From Pseudomonadota bacterium (lineage in GTDB: Bacteria; Bdellovibrionota; Bdellovibrionia; Bdellovibrionales; SG-bin7), in the NCBI GenBank assembly GCA_034439715.1, contig JAWXAY010000010.1, positions 32,001 to 96,000 of the forward strand: DNA of 64,000 bases, given 5' to 3'. The notes beneath the pieces were generated by a model that saw nothing but the letters and a program-made list of their open reading frames with translations, was not told where the DNA came from and searched no databases. Shown one piece after another: positions 28,470-39,189 of this stretch (positions within the stretch are counted from its first letter, which is position 1; each line of letters begins with the position of its first letter). The translations under genes were made by a program, and so were the position numbers.

Positions 28470-30211
28470 ACTTGTGCTCCTCCCGCGGTCAAGGTGTAGT
28501 TAATGCTCCCCGCGCCAGTATAATATTGCACGACCACTAAATAATGTCCAATTGCTAAGGAGGGCGTTAACGATACACTTCCATTATCAGTAGTGCTGTC
28601 GTTAAAAAGGACCATGTCTGAAACATCAAGTTCAATGGGGCTATAGTTATTAAAGAGATTGTGGTCGCGTCTCATAATAAATAAATCCATATCTTCGCTG
28701 CCTGGAGAGGAATAATTGAGGGTAAAATTTATAGTACCATTTGATGTTTTGATATAATCCCAATAATCAAAAGAGATATAGGCGCCACTTCCATTAGTGG
28801 CGGTAGTAGTACTTTTAGGAATTGCAGTAGTACACGCGCCCCCTTGAACCTTTGTGGCGTAGCCTGTGCGATTAGCGACCTGATTCTCACTACCTAAAAG
28901 TGCAGTGTAGCTGGTGCTGCCAGAAAATGCCGCGTGAACTTCTTGAAAAAGTCCGAAAGACCTAAAGTTTACGCTTAATGTTTTTAATGCTGTAAATGCG
29001 GCCCACAGTTGATCAAAAGTGCCGGCGCCATTTACAGTATCAAAGCTATCGTCCCCAGCATTTGTGGCGTCTACGGCGTCATAGAGTGATCTCGTAATGC
29101 CAAACTCTCTAAAGTTTCCTTCTCCCGCCTCGTTACCTTTATCAAAACAACCAGAACCGGGTATGTTTTGAGTTTGGCAGATATATTCTGTGCTCACATT
29201 AAAGTATATCTGCGGAGACCCGCTTATGTTTCCGACAGTGTCGCGGTAAAAAGAAACTCCAGTAACTGCCGCTTGTAAAAAATTTGCCCAACCTTCGCTC
29301 CACGCTAGCCGTGCATCAATCGCCGTTGTGCCCGAATGGCCACCGCCGGGAGAGTCAGACGTCGAATAGTGAGCTTCGATAAAATGGCCATACTCGTGAA
29401 TAATAATTGAAGAATCAAAATGATCGGTATCCGCACTGTCGGTATCGCCGCTAATGCCACCCAAGATATATAAATAATCTTGGCTAGGCACATAAAAACT
29501 TAAGCCACTGCCATTATCACCAAGATAAGAGTTGGGATTAAAACCCTTTGTCCAATATACGTTTACCTTAAAGGTAGGTGTATAAGGTGTGCAGGTTAGA
29601 CTTTGGCTCTCAAAAGATCCGGTCATGCTGGCACACGAAGCTGTTTTAGTGACCAAGTATTGGTTGGTGTCTAAGATTTTATCTAAAATGTTAAAAGCAC
29701 CGCCCTCAAGAGTTCCGGTAGCAGGGGCAGTAATTGTACCAACGCTTTTTGAGGAATCAGGCGTAAATGTTGTTGAAATAGTATAGTGGGTATTGCTTGT
29801 CGGATTATTAAGTATGCTAGCTTTATACTGTGAATTATTGGCACGTGAGCTTATTTTCACGGTCCATGTCTCGCCAGTCGTGTTTGCCTGAAAAGAAAAA
29901 TTCCCGCTGCCGTCAGTTTCTGCACATTGAGCAATAGCACCGGCTTCGTTATAAACGACGACTTCGGCAAAGCGAATGGGTTTTGGTGTTGGATCAACTC
30001 CACCCAGGCCGCTCGAAGAGGATGTGCGAAATTGGTACTTGGCTGTACCAGTAATAGTTGCCGGCGAAGAATAGGTGATAGAATTTGAACAATAATTCGC
30101 CTCAGCTCTCACCGAAACTGAAGTATCAGGCCGGTTTTTGCCACACCCTGAGTAAATCAAAACTATCGCGAGCGGGAGTAATGGAATGAGTAAAAATTGG
30201 CGGCCAATCAT
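28460..30211 (-). CDS. Secreted lipoprotein with HEXXH zinc metallopeptidase domain
   Basis: Lipobox YSGC; IIHEYGH with downstream WSEGWA (third ligand Glu); Thr/Ser/Gly-rich; C-terminal DMDLFI prepeptidase-like domain. Start is 30211 or 30214. Confidence 0.72.
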   Translation of the reverse strand: MIGRQFLLIPLLPLAIVLIYSGCGKNRPDTSVSVRAEANYCSNSITYSSPATITGTAKYQFRTSSSSGLGGVDPTPKPIRFAEVVVYNEAGAIAQCAETDGSGNFSFQANTTGETWTVKISSRANNSQYKASILNNPTSNTHYTISTTFTPDSSKSVGTITAPATGTLEGGAFNILDKILDTNQYLVTKTASCASMTGSFESQSLTCTPYTPTFKVNVYWTKGFNPNSYLGDNGSGLSFYVPSQDYLYILGGISGDTDSADTDHFDSSIIIHEYGHFIEAHYSTSDSPGGGHSGTTAIDARLAWSEGWANFLQAAVTGVSFYRDTVGNISGSPQIYFNVSTEYICQTQNIPGSGCFDKGNEAGEGNFREFGITRSLYDAVDATNAGDDSFDTVNGAGTFDQLWAAFTALKTLSVNFRSFGLFQEVHAAFSGSTSYTALLGSENQVANRTGYATKVQGGACTTAIPKSTTTATNGSGAYISFDYWDYIKTSNGTINFTLNYSSPGSEDMDLFIMRRDHNLFNNYSPIELDVSDMVLFNDSTTDNGSVSLTPSLAIGHYLVVVQYYTGAGSINYTLTAGGAQVCP

Positions 30212-30218
30212 CATGATC

Positions 30219-30245
30219 TTATCGGCAAAAGAACCACAAAAATTA
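30219..30245 (-). promoter_or_regulatory. Sigma28-type promoter
   Basis: Minus strand TAAT-N15-GCCGATAA with a perfect -10 box, directly before the peptidase start codons. Confidence 0.65.
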
Positions 30246-30290
30246 AGTCTCATATTGAAACACTCTCGTCTCTATTGTATAAGAATAAAT

Positions 30291-30548
30291 ATGGAAAAGG
30301 GCTGCAATTCTGACATCACGGCTTTAGGCAAATCGTACCATGTCCAGACTGAGGACTGGGGCCTTAAAAACCCATTTATTGTTAGCCAAATATTTCGCAA
30401 TGGTGCAATTGTGAAAAGTGTAAAGAATCCCTACGAAAAAATACTTCCGCGTGGGCTAAGGTCTGATAGTCCCTCCATTCGTCTGGCTCTACGCAAGCAG
30501 CATCAAGAAATTCTAGACCTTCTCAATTCTGGTCAATTCGTTCTATAA
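30291..30548 (+). CDS. Small conserved hypothetical protein
   Basis: G.NSDI...GKSYHVQTEDWG..NP motif, resembling an uncharacterised delta-proteobacterial family (from recall); leads the ftsEX operon. Confidence 0.65.
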   Translation: MEKGCNSDITALGKSYHVQTEDWGLKNPFIVSQIFRNGAIVKSVKNPYEKILPRGLRSDSPSIRLALRKQHQEILDLLNSGQFVL

Positions 30549-30564
30549 CCGTTAACATATAAGA

Positions 30565-31248
30565 ATGATTTCACTATCTCATATTTATAAGACCTATCCC
30601 GGGCCCATTCATGCACTCAGTAATTTTGATTTAAATATAGAAAAAGGGGAGTCGGTATTCATAACTGGTCCCAGTGGCTCAGGAAAAACAACTTTGTTTC
30701 GTTTGGTGTCTGGCTTTGATCGACCCAGTTCGGGAGCGATTTCTGTCGCTGGATTCAATATCAATGAACTTACTGAAAAAGAAGTTCCCTATTTTCGTAG
30801 AAATATTGGTGTCGTGTTTCAAGATTTCAGATTACTAAAAGATCGTACCGTTTTTGAAAACGTTGCATTACCTCTTGAAATCAAAGGTCAAAAATTTGTC
30901 GGTATAAAACAAAAAGTAAATGAGATGCTCGATATTGTTGGTCTCACGTTTAAGCGCGAACAACATCCGGAGCAGCTGTCGGGCGGAGAGCAGCAGCGGG
31001 TCGCTATTGCGCGCGCCCTCATTCATCAACCAGGCGTATTAATAGCGGACGAGCCGACAGGTAACTTGGACGAAGAGCTAAGTTTGGGAATAATGGAGCT
31101 GCTAGATAAGGTCAATGCTCAAGGCACCACGGTACTAATTGCCACTCACGATATGGACCTCGTCAAAAAAAAGCGGCGCCGAGTGATTCAGATTAAATCA
31201 GGTAACATTGTAAAGGACTCAAAAAATGAACCAAATGCTTTGGGCTAA
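30565..31248 (+). CDS. ftsE: Cell division ATP-binding protein FtsE
   Basis: GPSGSGKTT, RRNIGVVFQDFRLL, LSGGEQQRVAIARA, ADEPTGNLD, GTTVLIATHD. Confidence 0.95.
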   Translation: MISLSHIYKTYPGPIHALSNFDLNIEKGESVFITGPSGSGKTTLFRLVSGFDRPSSGAISVAGFNINELTEKEVPYFRRNIGVVFQDFRLLKDRTVFENVALPLEIKGQKFVGIKQKVNEMLDIVGLTFKREQHPEQLSGGEQQRVAIARALIHQPGVLIADEPTGNLDEELSLGIMELLDKVNAQGTTVLIATHDMDLVKKKRRRVIQIKSGNIVKDSKNEPNALG

Positions 31249-32166
31249 TTTAAAGAGAACCTGGACCCATCACTTTGGAACTCAGATGACTACTCTCATA
31301 GTATTGGCGGCATCATATGCGATTATTTGTTCATTTTTGACCTTAGGTCAAAATTTGAGAAACATTTTATCGCTTTGGGGTGACTCAATTCAAATGACGG
31401 TTTTTTTAAAGGAAGAAACAAAAGAAGATAGTGGCAACGAAAAACTGACTCAACTAAAAACGAGGCTACAAGCTATAAACGGCGTAGATGATGTAAAATA
31501 TGTTTCGAAGCAAGAGGCCGCCGAAAAATTTAAAATGGAAATGTCGGGCTTTATGCCAGAAGTCTTTCAGGACGAAGAATTTATCGCACCATTTCCATCG
31601 AGTTTTATTATAAGTTTCAAAGACCAACTAAAGCAAAAAATCGACACCCTAAGGCTTGCAGAAATTGCTAAACAAATATCAGGTTTTGAGGGAGCCGAGG
31701 ACATTGCTTATGGTCAAGACTGGCTCAACAACTATGCCAGCTTTATTAAGGGAATAAATAGTATGGGGCTGGCATTGGTTTTAGTTCTCCTTTCAGGAAG
31801 TGTCTTCGTAGTCGGCACCTCTATAAAGACTTCTATTTCTGCGAGACGCGATGAAATCGAAATTATGGAACTCGTCGGGGCTACAAGTCAGATGATCAGG
31901 TGGCCCCTTGTCGTCGAAGGACTTTTTTTAGGACTTTTGGCTTCAACTGTGGCTGGTTTCTAACTTTTTTTGCTTTTACCTTTGTTAGAGAGTCCATGGC
32001 CACCCAGGCTTTTTTTCTAGCAGTTCAAAGCCAGTTCCAATTCTTAAGTGGGCTATATGTTTTCCTGTTCATTAGTACGGGAACAATTTGTGGAGGGCTA
32101 AGTGCCTTCTTCTTTGCAAGAAAGCTAAATCACGGATGGTTGGCATCTCAGAGATCCGAAGTTTGA
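31226..32166 (+). pseudogene. ftsX: FtsX permease with an apparent frameshift near 31957-31963 (probably a sequencing error)
   Basis: RRDEIEIMELVGAT...IRWPLVVEG motif; ORF stops at 31963 while the last TM segments continue in another frame to 32166; one added T joins them. Confidence 0.8.
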
Positions 32167-33338
32167 AGAAGGAAATAATTAGCTCCATAAGCGGAGCTCT
32201 TGCCATGGTCCTATTCCTTCAGCCAGTAATTGCAATTGGTGAAAATTCAAACATGTCTTTAGAAGAAGGAGCCAAACAGAATATAATTGATGCCTATAAA
32301 AGCGGAAAAATAAATTTAGAGGAGCTCGAAACTCAGCGAAGAGAAACACTGGGTGTCTTGTATAGAATCAATAGAATGATCCAAAGAATAAACACTGAGA
32401 AGGCCCGGTTGACAGACAATTTATTGAGCCAAGAAAGTAAAATCAACCGCCTAACGAATGTTATTGGGAGCCTTCAGTCAAAAATCTTGGTGGAGAAAAA
32501 GAAAATGCGAGCACAGCTAAGGACCATCTATCAACTTTCAGGGCAGGGCGCGCTCCGCTTAGTTTTTTCAAATAAAACGTCACATGACCTGGATCGAGAT
32601 TTAAAATTTCTTAATCTTCTTGTCGGAAAGAATTATACGGGACTCAGAGAATATCACAAATTAATCGCCTACAATAATCAACAGAGAATAGCCCTAACCG
32701 ACACCCTCAAGAATTACGAAGAACTTAAAAACAAAATTAAGGCAAAAGAAGAAGTACTGCTGGTAAAACAGCGAGAAAAAAAGGCTTTAGTTTCAAGAGT
32801 CGAACAAAAGCGCAGGGTTCAGATTTCTACTATTGGCGATTTACGGGACAAAACAAAAAATCTATTAAATTCGTCGGGCTCGGGTGACTCAGATTTAAAA
32901 AGTGTGTTACTAAAAAGTTTTTTCGAGCAGAAGAGCCGTCTTGAGAATCCTGTTAAAGGAAAGGTCAATCAGGAGTATGGGCTACTAAAGGGCGGACGGT
33001 TCAATTTGGCGATCAGCTCAAAAGGCCGTCAGTATGGCACTGTACTCCATGAGAGCGTACGTACCGTATATTCGGGTGTGGTAGCATTTGTGGGGCGATT
33101 AAAAACATTTGGGAAGACCTTAATAATTGATCACGGAGATCATTACTACACCGTTTATGCAAATCTGGCAGGAATCGATGTGAGCGTCGGCGACAAGGTA
33201 GGTACCCTTCAATCGATTGCCACGACAGGCGCATCTCATAAATTCGGAACAGGATTATATTTTGAAATTAGACATTTTTCAGAACCTGAGGATCCCTCTC
33301 GATGGATCAAGATGGTTTCAGATGGAGCAATACCATGA
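32163..33338 (+). CDS. envC: Murein hydrolase activator EnvC-like (coiled coil + degenerate M23)
   Basis: Long coiled coil; GKTLIIDHGDHYYTVYANL and LYFEIR without the M23 zinc ligands; follows ftsEX. Start uncertain (TTG 32163 overlaps the ftsX stop). Confidence 0.8.
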   Translation: MKKEIISSISGALAMVLFLQPVIAIGENSNMSLEEGAKQNIIDAYKSGKINLEELETQRRETLGVLYRINRMIQRINTEKARLTDNLLSQESKINRLTNVIGSLQSKILVEKKKMRAQLRTIYQLSGQGALRLVFSNKTSHDLDRDLKFLNLLVGKNYTGLREYHKLIAYNNQQRIALTDTLKNYEELKNKIKAKEEVLLVKQREKKALVSRVEQKRRVQISTIGDLRDKTKNLLNSSGSGDSDLKSVLLKSFFEQKSRLENPVKGKVNQEYGLLKGGRFNLAISSKGRQYGTVLHESVRTVYSGVVAFVGRLKTFGKTLIIDHGDHYYTVYANLAGIDVSVGDKVGTLQSIATTGASHKFGTGLYFEIRHFSEPEDPSRWIKMVSDGAIP

Positions 33339-34732
33339 GTCGAAGAAAGACGAAAATCATTCTGGGGACATTTATTTCGATTGTTACAATTATCTGTGCT
33401 GCTCTGTTGTTTGGTGGACTTAACGGAAAGGTTTCGGCGGCTGACAGGTATTCTGACCTTCAGATTTTCACTAAGGTTTTAAATCTTATCGGAAAGTATT
33501 ACGTTGAAGAGGTTGATACCAAAAAACTTATTTACGGAAGCATCAAAGGGATGCTGAGAGAGCTAGATCCGCATACAAACTTTTTATCGCCAGAGGTATA
33601 CGAAGAATTCGAGTCAGAAACATCGGGAAAGTTTGGCGGACTGGGTATTGAAATAACAATTCAGAAGGGGCAACTGACAATTATTGCTCCCATCGAAGAT
33701 TCGCCCGCTTGGAAAGCGGGAATTAAGGCCGGGGACAAAATAATAGAAATCGACGGCGTTGTCACAAAGGGCTTAACGCTCGTAGAGGCAGCTCAAAAAA
33801 TGCGAGGTGAAAAAGGTGCAAAAATAAAACTGACTATTTTTCGAGAGGGATTTACTGATCCGAAAGACTTTACAGTCACACGCGAAGTTATAAAGCTCCA
33901 TTCAGTTAAATACACAGACATGGAGGATGGCTATGTTTATATAAAGATCACTAACTTCATAGAAAACACCGAGAGTGACCTGCAAAAACATCTTGAGGCA
34001 CATATCAAGAAATATAAAAATACAAAAGGCATTGTCTTAGATATGCGCGGCAACCCTGGTGGGATTTTGGATCAGGCCATTAAGGTCAGCGATATGTTTA
34101 TCGAAGACGGAATAATCGTGTCCACTATTCCACGAGATGAGTCCGTCAAAGAGGTGGCTATGGCAAAAAAATCTAAAGACTACGTGGGATTTCCAATTAT
34201 CGTATTGATCAACGAATCCTCGGCCAGTGCTAGCGAAATTGTGGCGGGAGCTCTTCAAGATAACCAGCGGGCGCTTATCATGGGCCAGAGAAGTTTTGGC
34301 AAGGGTACCGTACAAACGGTGGTAAAACTGGGTGATGGCTCGGCACTAAAAATGACTACGGCTCGCTATTTTACCCCCAGTGGCAAATCCATTCAGGCCG
34401 AAGGCATTCATCCGGATATTATATTAGAACAAATTGAACCCGAGACCTTGGAGAAATCTGGCGGACAGGGCGCGGTAACACGTGAAGCCGATATCGACGG
34501 GCATCTTGGAAAAAAGAAGAAGTCGAAAGCAACTGCGCCGGGAACGATAAGCGAAGGTGACACTTTTGCCTTTTGGTGGAGTCAGACCAAGAACAAAGAC
34601 ACCAAAGATCTAAGCCCTAAACAAATGTTGTTGGGTCGTGATTTTCAAGCGCTGCAAGCCTATAATTATTTAAAGGCCTGGAGTGTGATGAAATCTTTTG
34701 CCGTTCAACGCGCTAACAAGAGCGAAAAGTAA
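33335..34732 (+). CDS. ctpA: C-terminal processing protease (S41A)
   Basis: LDPHT, FGGLGIEI PDZ, LDMRGNPGG, SASASEIVAGALQD, SFGKGTVQ, TTARYFTPSG. Confidence 0.95.
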   Translation: MSRRKTKIILGTFISIVTIICAALLFGGLNGKVSAADRYSDLQIFTKVLNLIGKYYVEEVDTKKLIYGSIKGMLRELDPHTNFLSPEVYEEFESETSGKFGGLGIEITIQKGQLTIIAPIEDSPAWKAGIKAGDKIIEIDGVVTKGLTLVEAAQKMRGEKGAKIKLTIFREGFTDPKDFTVTREVIKLHSVKYTDMEDGYVYIKITNFIENTESDLQKHLEAHIKKYKNTKGIVLDMRGNPGGILDQAIKVSDMFIEDGIIVSTIPRDESVKEVAMAKKSKDYVGFPIIVLINESSASASEIVAGALQDNQRALIMGQRSFGKGTVQTVVKLGDGSALKMTTARYFTPSGKSIQAEGIHPDIILEQIEPETLEKSGGQGAVTREADIDGHLGKKKKSKATAPGTISEGDTFAFWWSQTKNKDTKDLSPKQMLLGRDFQALQAYNYLKAWSVMKSFAVQRANKSEK

Positions 34733-34747
34733 GGCGCGCTGAGTGCC

Positions 34748-36058
34748 TTAGGTTTGTGGGGGCGGCAGCTTATCTTTTTCGATTTCTTTTATTTTTGCTG
34801 TGGCTTCTAATAACTTAATCACATTATTTTCAGTGACTTGATAACTCAGGCGAGAACGTAGATCGGGGTTGCTGTAGTATTTTCGCAATTCCGCGATATC
34901 AATACCTGTTGTTGTCGAATACTGAATGAGTTCTTTTTCAAGGTCGCCTTCCTTTGGCTTAAGATTGTTATCTCGAGCCAATTTATCGACCAAAAAATAG
35001 GAATGGACTAAGAAGTTCGCGGTTTTGTCAAAATCAACATCCCAATCAGTTTTATATTTTTCGTACTCATCGGCGCTCATGCCCTGTGACAACATGCGCT
35101 GCCTAAAATCTTCAACGAGTTTAGTTTTCTGTTCGTCTCTTAGGGACTTGGGAATTTCTACGGGATTGGCTTGAGTTAAAGCCTGCATTAAACGTTTTTT
35201 GAAATCCTCACGAATGCGCCCTTCTTCTTGTGTGGTGACATTTTTTTGAAGCTCTTCTTTAAATTCGGCCAAGGTACTTTTGCCAAATTTTTTGGCGAAC
35301 TCATCATCAAGTACAGGAACATGTTTTTCACGAATTTCGATAACTTTAACTTTAAACGTAACGGTTTTGCCGGCAATCTCTTTGAAATGGTAGTCGCCGG
35401 GCATGGCTTGTTCAAAACTTTTTTCGTCGCCGGGTTGTAATCCCATCAAGTGCTCTTCAAACCCAGGCACAAACTGACCACCGCCAATTTCGACCGGCAT
35501 TTTTTCGCCTTTTACTTCTTTGATGGCGACACCATTCTCAAAACCTTCAAAATCAACTACTACCGAATCACCTGTATGCGCGGGTCGAGTTTCCTTAACG
35601 GTTTCAAGCCGAGTTTGTCTCTGTTGAAGTTGTGCCACATGCTCTTCAATCATGGCGTCTGTGACGTTTAGTTTTTCTTTCAAAACATCCAGATTTTCAA
35701 AATTTATTTTTGAGATTTCAGGTTTAATTTCGAAAGAGGCCGTAAACTTTAAATCGAGATCTTCGCCAACAGTTTCTATATCTACCGAAGGGGCATTTAC
35801 GGGAATAAGGGCATGCTCACCAAGTGCTTTGCTATAGTGGGTTTGAATAAGATCTTGTACGACATCCGGAAAAAGTCGGTCTTTATACATACCCCGAATC
35901 ATATCTAAAGGAGCCTTGCCTTTGCGGAAGCCCTTGATTTCAGCGTGTTTTTGCGCATTTTTATAGGCGCGATCAAATGCTTCTTTAACAAGTGCTACTG
36001 GTACTTCGATGTTGAGCTTTCGCTCAAGGGCTGATACTTTTTGTAAGTCAGATTTCAT
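34748..36058 (-). CDS. tig: Trigger factor
   Basis: GFRKGKAP ribosome-binding motif; FKBP domain VVDFEG...FVPGFEE; LDDEFAK; GGAG RBS before ATG 36058. Confidence 0.95.
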   Translation of the reverse strand: MKSDLQKVSALERKLNIEVPVALVKEAFDRAYKNAQKHAEIKGFRKGKAPLDMIRGMYKDRLFPDVVQDLIQTHYSKALGEHALIPVNAPSVDIETVGEDLDLKFTASFEIKPEISKINFENLDVLKEKLNVTDAMIEEHVAQLQQRQTRLETVKETRPAHTGDSVVVDFEGFENGVAIKEVKGEKMPVEIGGGQFVPGFEEHLMGLQPGDEKSFEQAMPGDYHFKEIAGKTVTFKVKVIEIREKHVPVLDDEFAKKFGKSTLAEFKEELQKNVTTQEEGRIREDFKKRLMQALTQANPVEIPKSLRDEQKTKLVEDFRQRMLSQGMSADEYEKYKTDWDVDFDKTANFLVHSYFLVDKLARDNNLKPKEGDLEKELIQYSTTTGIDIAELRKYYSNPDLRSRLSYQVTENNVIKLLEATAKIKEIEKDKLPPPQT

Positions 36059-36122
36059 AATTTTCTCCGTAAAACCAGGGGAATATAGAGTACACAAATG
36101 CACATGGCAAGGATCATATAAT

Positions 36123-37004
36123 TTGAAGACGCAAAAAATAGCATTTGTAACAGGCAAGGGTGGGACTGGGAAGTCAATGGTCGCTTTATCTATGGCATAC
36201 CACCAGGCTGTTTTAGGCAAAAAAACATTGTTAGTAGAACTGGCGGAGAGTAGTTTTTTTCAATTTTTGACCGATAAAATCCAATTGGATTTTGCCCCCC
36301 AAGAAGTAAAATCGAATCTTTATGTCTCTAGATGGGATGGCGCTACCTGTCTTCGTGATTATTTTTTGCACTTAGTACGCTCCGAAACGCTCTTAAAAAT
36401 AATTTTCGATAATCCATTTATGAAAACCCTAGTAGATGTTGGCCCATCGCTTTCAGAACTAGCAATTGTTGGAAAAATTACAAGCGGCGCAAGAGAGATC
36501 GGGCCTCAAATGGATTTTGACTTAATTGTGATCGACGCCTATGCGACGGGGCATATGTTGGCCTTGATTCGCGCCCCTTTTGGGATCGCGGAAGCCGTGA
36601 AAATCGGACCCATGGCTACACAATGCCGAGACATTATTAAGACTCTTCGAGATAAAGAGGTTACGAGTTATTACATTGTAACTATCCCGGAGGAATTGGC
36701 AATAACAGAGTCCATAGAGCTGTGGAATGCGCTGAATCTAGAAATAGGAGTAATCCCCAAGTTTATTTGCAACAAGCTCGTAATGCCGCCAATTACTAAG
36801 ACCGAGCTCATCGAGTTAAGCCGAGAACCTATTGGTGAAGGTGCTAGCGGTTTTATAAAATTTATTTTGGATAAGGTAGAGTTTCAGGCAGTTCAATTAG
36901 AAAAAATAAAAGACCTTGCCGGGCCGGTAGTTGAAATTCCTCATTTTTTAACTGCTAAATCTACCGATTTAGTTGATAAAATGTCTTGGTACTTGAAAAT
37001 TTAA
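36123..37004 (+). CDS. ArsA/Get3-family ATPase, subunit 1
   Basis: FVTGKGGTGKS, IVIDAYATGH, VTIPEELAITES. Start approximate (TTG 36123). Confidence 0.85.
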   Translation: MKTQKIAFVTGKGGTGKSMVALSMAYHQAVLGKKTLLVELAESSFFQFLTDKIQLDFAPQEVKSNLYVSRWDGATCLRDYFLHLVRSETLLKIIFDNPFMKTLVDVGPSLSELAIVGKITSGAREIGPQMDFDLIVIDAYATGHMLALIRAPFGIAEAVKIGPMATQCRDIIKTLRDKEVTSYYIVTIPEELAITESIELWNALNLEIGVIPKFICNKLVMPPITKTELIELSREPIGEGASGFIKFILDKVEFQAVQLEKIKDLAGPVVEIPHFLTAKSTDLVDKMSWYLKI

Positions 37005-37005
37005 T

Positions 37006-38058
37006 ATGGATGAAATTCTAAAAAAATATAAAGTTATCATTTGCGCTGGCAGCGGTGGCGTAGGCAAAACCACAATTGCTGCTGCCCTGGCTGTAAGGGC
37101 GGCAGAGTCCGGCATGAATGTGCTTGTACTTACTATTGATCCTTCAAGGCGGCTCGCAACTTCTCTGGGAATATCTAAGGATATTGATCAAGATGTTTTT
37201 GTTCCTCAGCAGAAATTTAAGGGTAAACTTTATGCGGCCGTATTAAATTCGAAAAAAACATTCGATGATTTTGTTATGAGGTGTGCGACCAATCCAGAAG
37301 TGGCAAAAAAGTTTATGAAAAACCGCCTTTATATTCAAATGTCTACCAAGCTCAGTGGCTCCCAGGAGTTTACAGCCATGGAGCGGCTTTACTCGAGTTT
37401 TGAATCAGCAAAGTATGACCTAATAATTTTAGATACTCCGCCTACTAAGCACGCCGTAGATTTTTTGCGAGCGCCGCAAAAATTAAATGCCATGTTCACT
37501 CAATCGATGTCGCAATGGCTTATCGGCGCCCAAGAAAAATCCAAATCGTTTTTTTCGAGGTTTTTAGGACCTTCTCAGGTCTTTCGTATCCTCGCTAAGG
37601 TCACTGGGGCCCAATTTGTCGATGAGCTGGTCGACTTTTTTCAAAACATTCAGGCTTGGCAAGAAAAAGTGGGACAAAGGACCATTGACGTCCACCGGCT
37701 ACTCACCAGTGAGAAAACAGGTTTTGTTTTGATTTCTTCTTTTGATAGCAATAAAATAGAAGAGGCTAAGTATTTTTACAAAGAGATACAGAGAGATGGG
37801 CACCATTTAGCAGGGGTTATTATTAACCGCTCTCTGCCAGTATGGGGTAGGACAGAAAAAGAGGGGCCTTCTAAGCTGGCCAACTATTACGAGGAGTTTG
37901 TGAAATATTACTCTGAAAGAGAAAATTCATTTGTTGAGTTTCAAAGGAGCGTGGCGCCAGGAACAAGCTTTGTGAGGATTCCTGATTTTAATCAAGACGT
38001 CAGTGGGCTTGAAAGCCTGACTGAAATATCTCATTTATTGGTAGGAGGGCGAGCCTGA
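37006..38058 (+). CDS. ArsA/Get3-family ATPase, subunit 2
   Basis: CAGSGGVGKTT, LTIDPSRRLATSLG, GSQEFTAMERL, ILDTPPT. Confidence 0.9.
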   Translation: MDEILKKYKVIICAGSGGVGKTTIAAALAVRAAESGMNVLVLTIDPSRRLATSLGISKDIDQDVFVPQQKFKGKLYAAVLNSKKTFDDFVMRCATNPEVAKKFMKNRLYIQMSTKLSGSQEFTAMERLYSSFESAKYDLIILDTPPTKHAVDFLRAPQKLNAMFTQSMSQWLIGAQEKSKSFFSRFLGPSQVFRILAKVTGAQFVDELVDFFQNIQAWQEKVGQRTIDVHRLLTSEKTGFVLISSFDSNKIEEAKYFYKEIQRDGHHLAGVIINRSLPVWGRTEKEGPSKLANYYEEFVKYYSERENSFVEFQRSVAPGTSFVRIPDFNQDVSGLESLTEISHLLVGGRA

Positions 38059-39189
38059 ATGAAACACCTTGTCTCGATTTTATTGTTGTCATCTTGTCTT
38101 TTGAATTGTACTGCGAAAAAGAAAAAATTAGAAATGGAGCAAGCCTATGTAGAAGGGGTCAGTGACTCAAAGCTCATAAGTAATATAGAAATGCTTATTG
38201 AAAAAGAAAAATATGCCGAGGCCTTGGCCGAAACAAAAGCCTTTCAAGAAAAAAAATCTCCGTCGAAATATAGTCAGGACGTAAATTATTACAGCGCTCG
38301 CGCCGCCGAGGGATTAGAAAATTGGGAAGGGGCATTTGCGGGTTACCGCGAAGTCATTCGGAATCCTATTACAACGGACGAAATTAAAAATAAGGCTCTC
38401 TATCGCCAATCATTTGTTTATGAGGCTTTAAACCAGGACGAAAAAGTCGTTGCCACCTTGCTTGACCTAAAAAAAAGAAAGGTAAAAGTGCGAGACCAGG
38501 TATTTTTAGCAGAAATTCCTGCCCGATTAGCATCCATATATGCCCGCTTGGGGAATCGAAAAATGGCTGATAGCTATTACGCAGAGGCCGAGGCAGGAAT
38601 AAAGGAACTTCAGGCGACTCAGCCCTCGGGAGACCATCGAAAATGGTTACCCAAGACCCTATTTTTTATGGGTAATATGTCGGCGAGAGAGTTTCGCGAA
38701 CAAGACTTTGAGGCCAGCATTAAGCCTCTCGAAAAAGCACAGGGTTATCTGTTAAGAGCAATGACAATGAAAGACGAAGTCTGGTCAAAAAAAGCTTCTG
38801 AGGAGCTTTACAAAATCTATAAGGACATCACATTGGCTATTTCTAGGGTCCAACTACCAGAGAACACCGACGAAGAAGTTGCACAGAAAGAAGCTCAAAC
38901 AAAAAAATGGCAAATGGCAACGACAGCGACGGAGTCATTGAAAAGACTGCGAATGGCATTGGATGCAGAGACAGATATTTCTTCAGAAAGCAAATTGAGT
39001 TTTATGACGTTTTTAGATGAACAGGAGCGAGAGATGGGCAAAGTTTTAGAGGAAACTCCCATTACATCGCGAATGACGGTCGAAGCGCAAAAAAGGCAAG
39101 GGCTCAAACGCGCAGGACGAGTAGAAAATCCTGATCCTATGTTAGAAGAGCTGCCCAAAAAGGTTCCAAAAAAAGGACCGAAAAAATGA
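38059..39189 (+). CDS. TPR-like helical lipoprotein
   Basis: Lipobox-like LLNC; Ala/Tyr-patterned helical repeats. Confidence 0.65.
   Translation: MKHLVSILLLSSCLLNCTAKKKKLEMEQAYVEGVSDSKLISNIEMLIEKEKYAEALAETKAFQEKKSPSKYSQDVNYYSARAAEGLENWEGAFAGYREVIRNPITTDEIKNKALYRQSFVYEALNQDEKVVATLLDLKKRKVKVRDQVFLAEIPARLASIYARLGNRKMADSYYAEAEAGIKELQATQPSGDHRKWLPKTLFFMGNMSAREFREQDFEASIKPLEKAQGYLLRAMTMKDEVWSKKASEELYKIYKDITLAISRVQLPENTDEEVAQKEAQTKKWQMATTATESLKRLRMALDAETDISSESKLSFMTFLDEQEREMGKVLEETPITSRMTVEAQKRQGLKRAGRVENPDPMLEELPKKVPKKGPKK

Noticed and set aside
36009..36220. Apparent head-to-head overlap of tig and the ArsA ORF
   Set aside because: Both ORF-track starts are over-extended; realistic starts (36058 minus, about 36123 plus) do not overlap.
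36123..38058. Arsenic resistance operon
   Set aside because: No arsB/acr3, arsC, arsD or arsR; the paired-ATPase pattern fits the non-arsenic subfamily.
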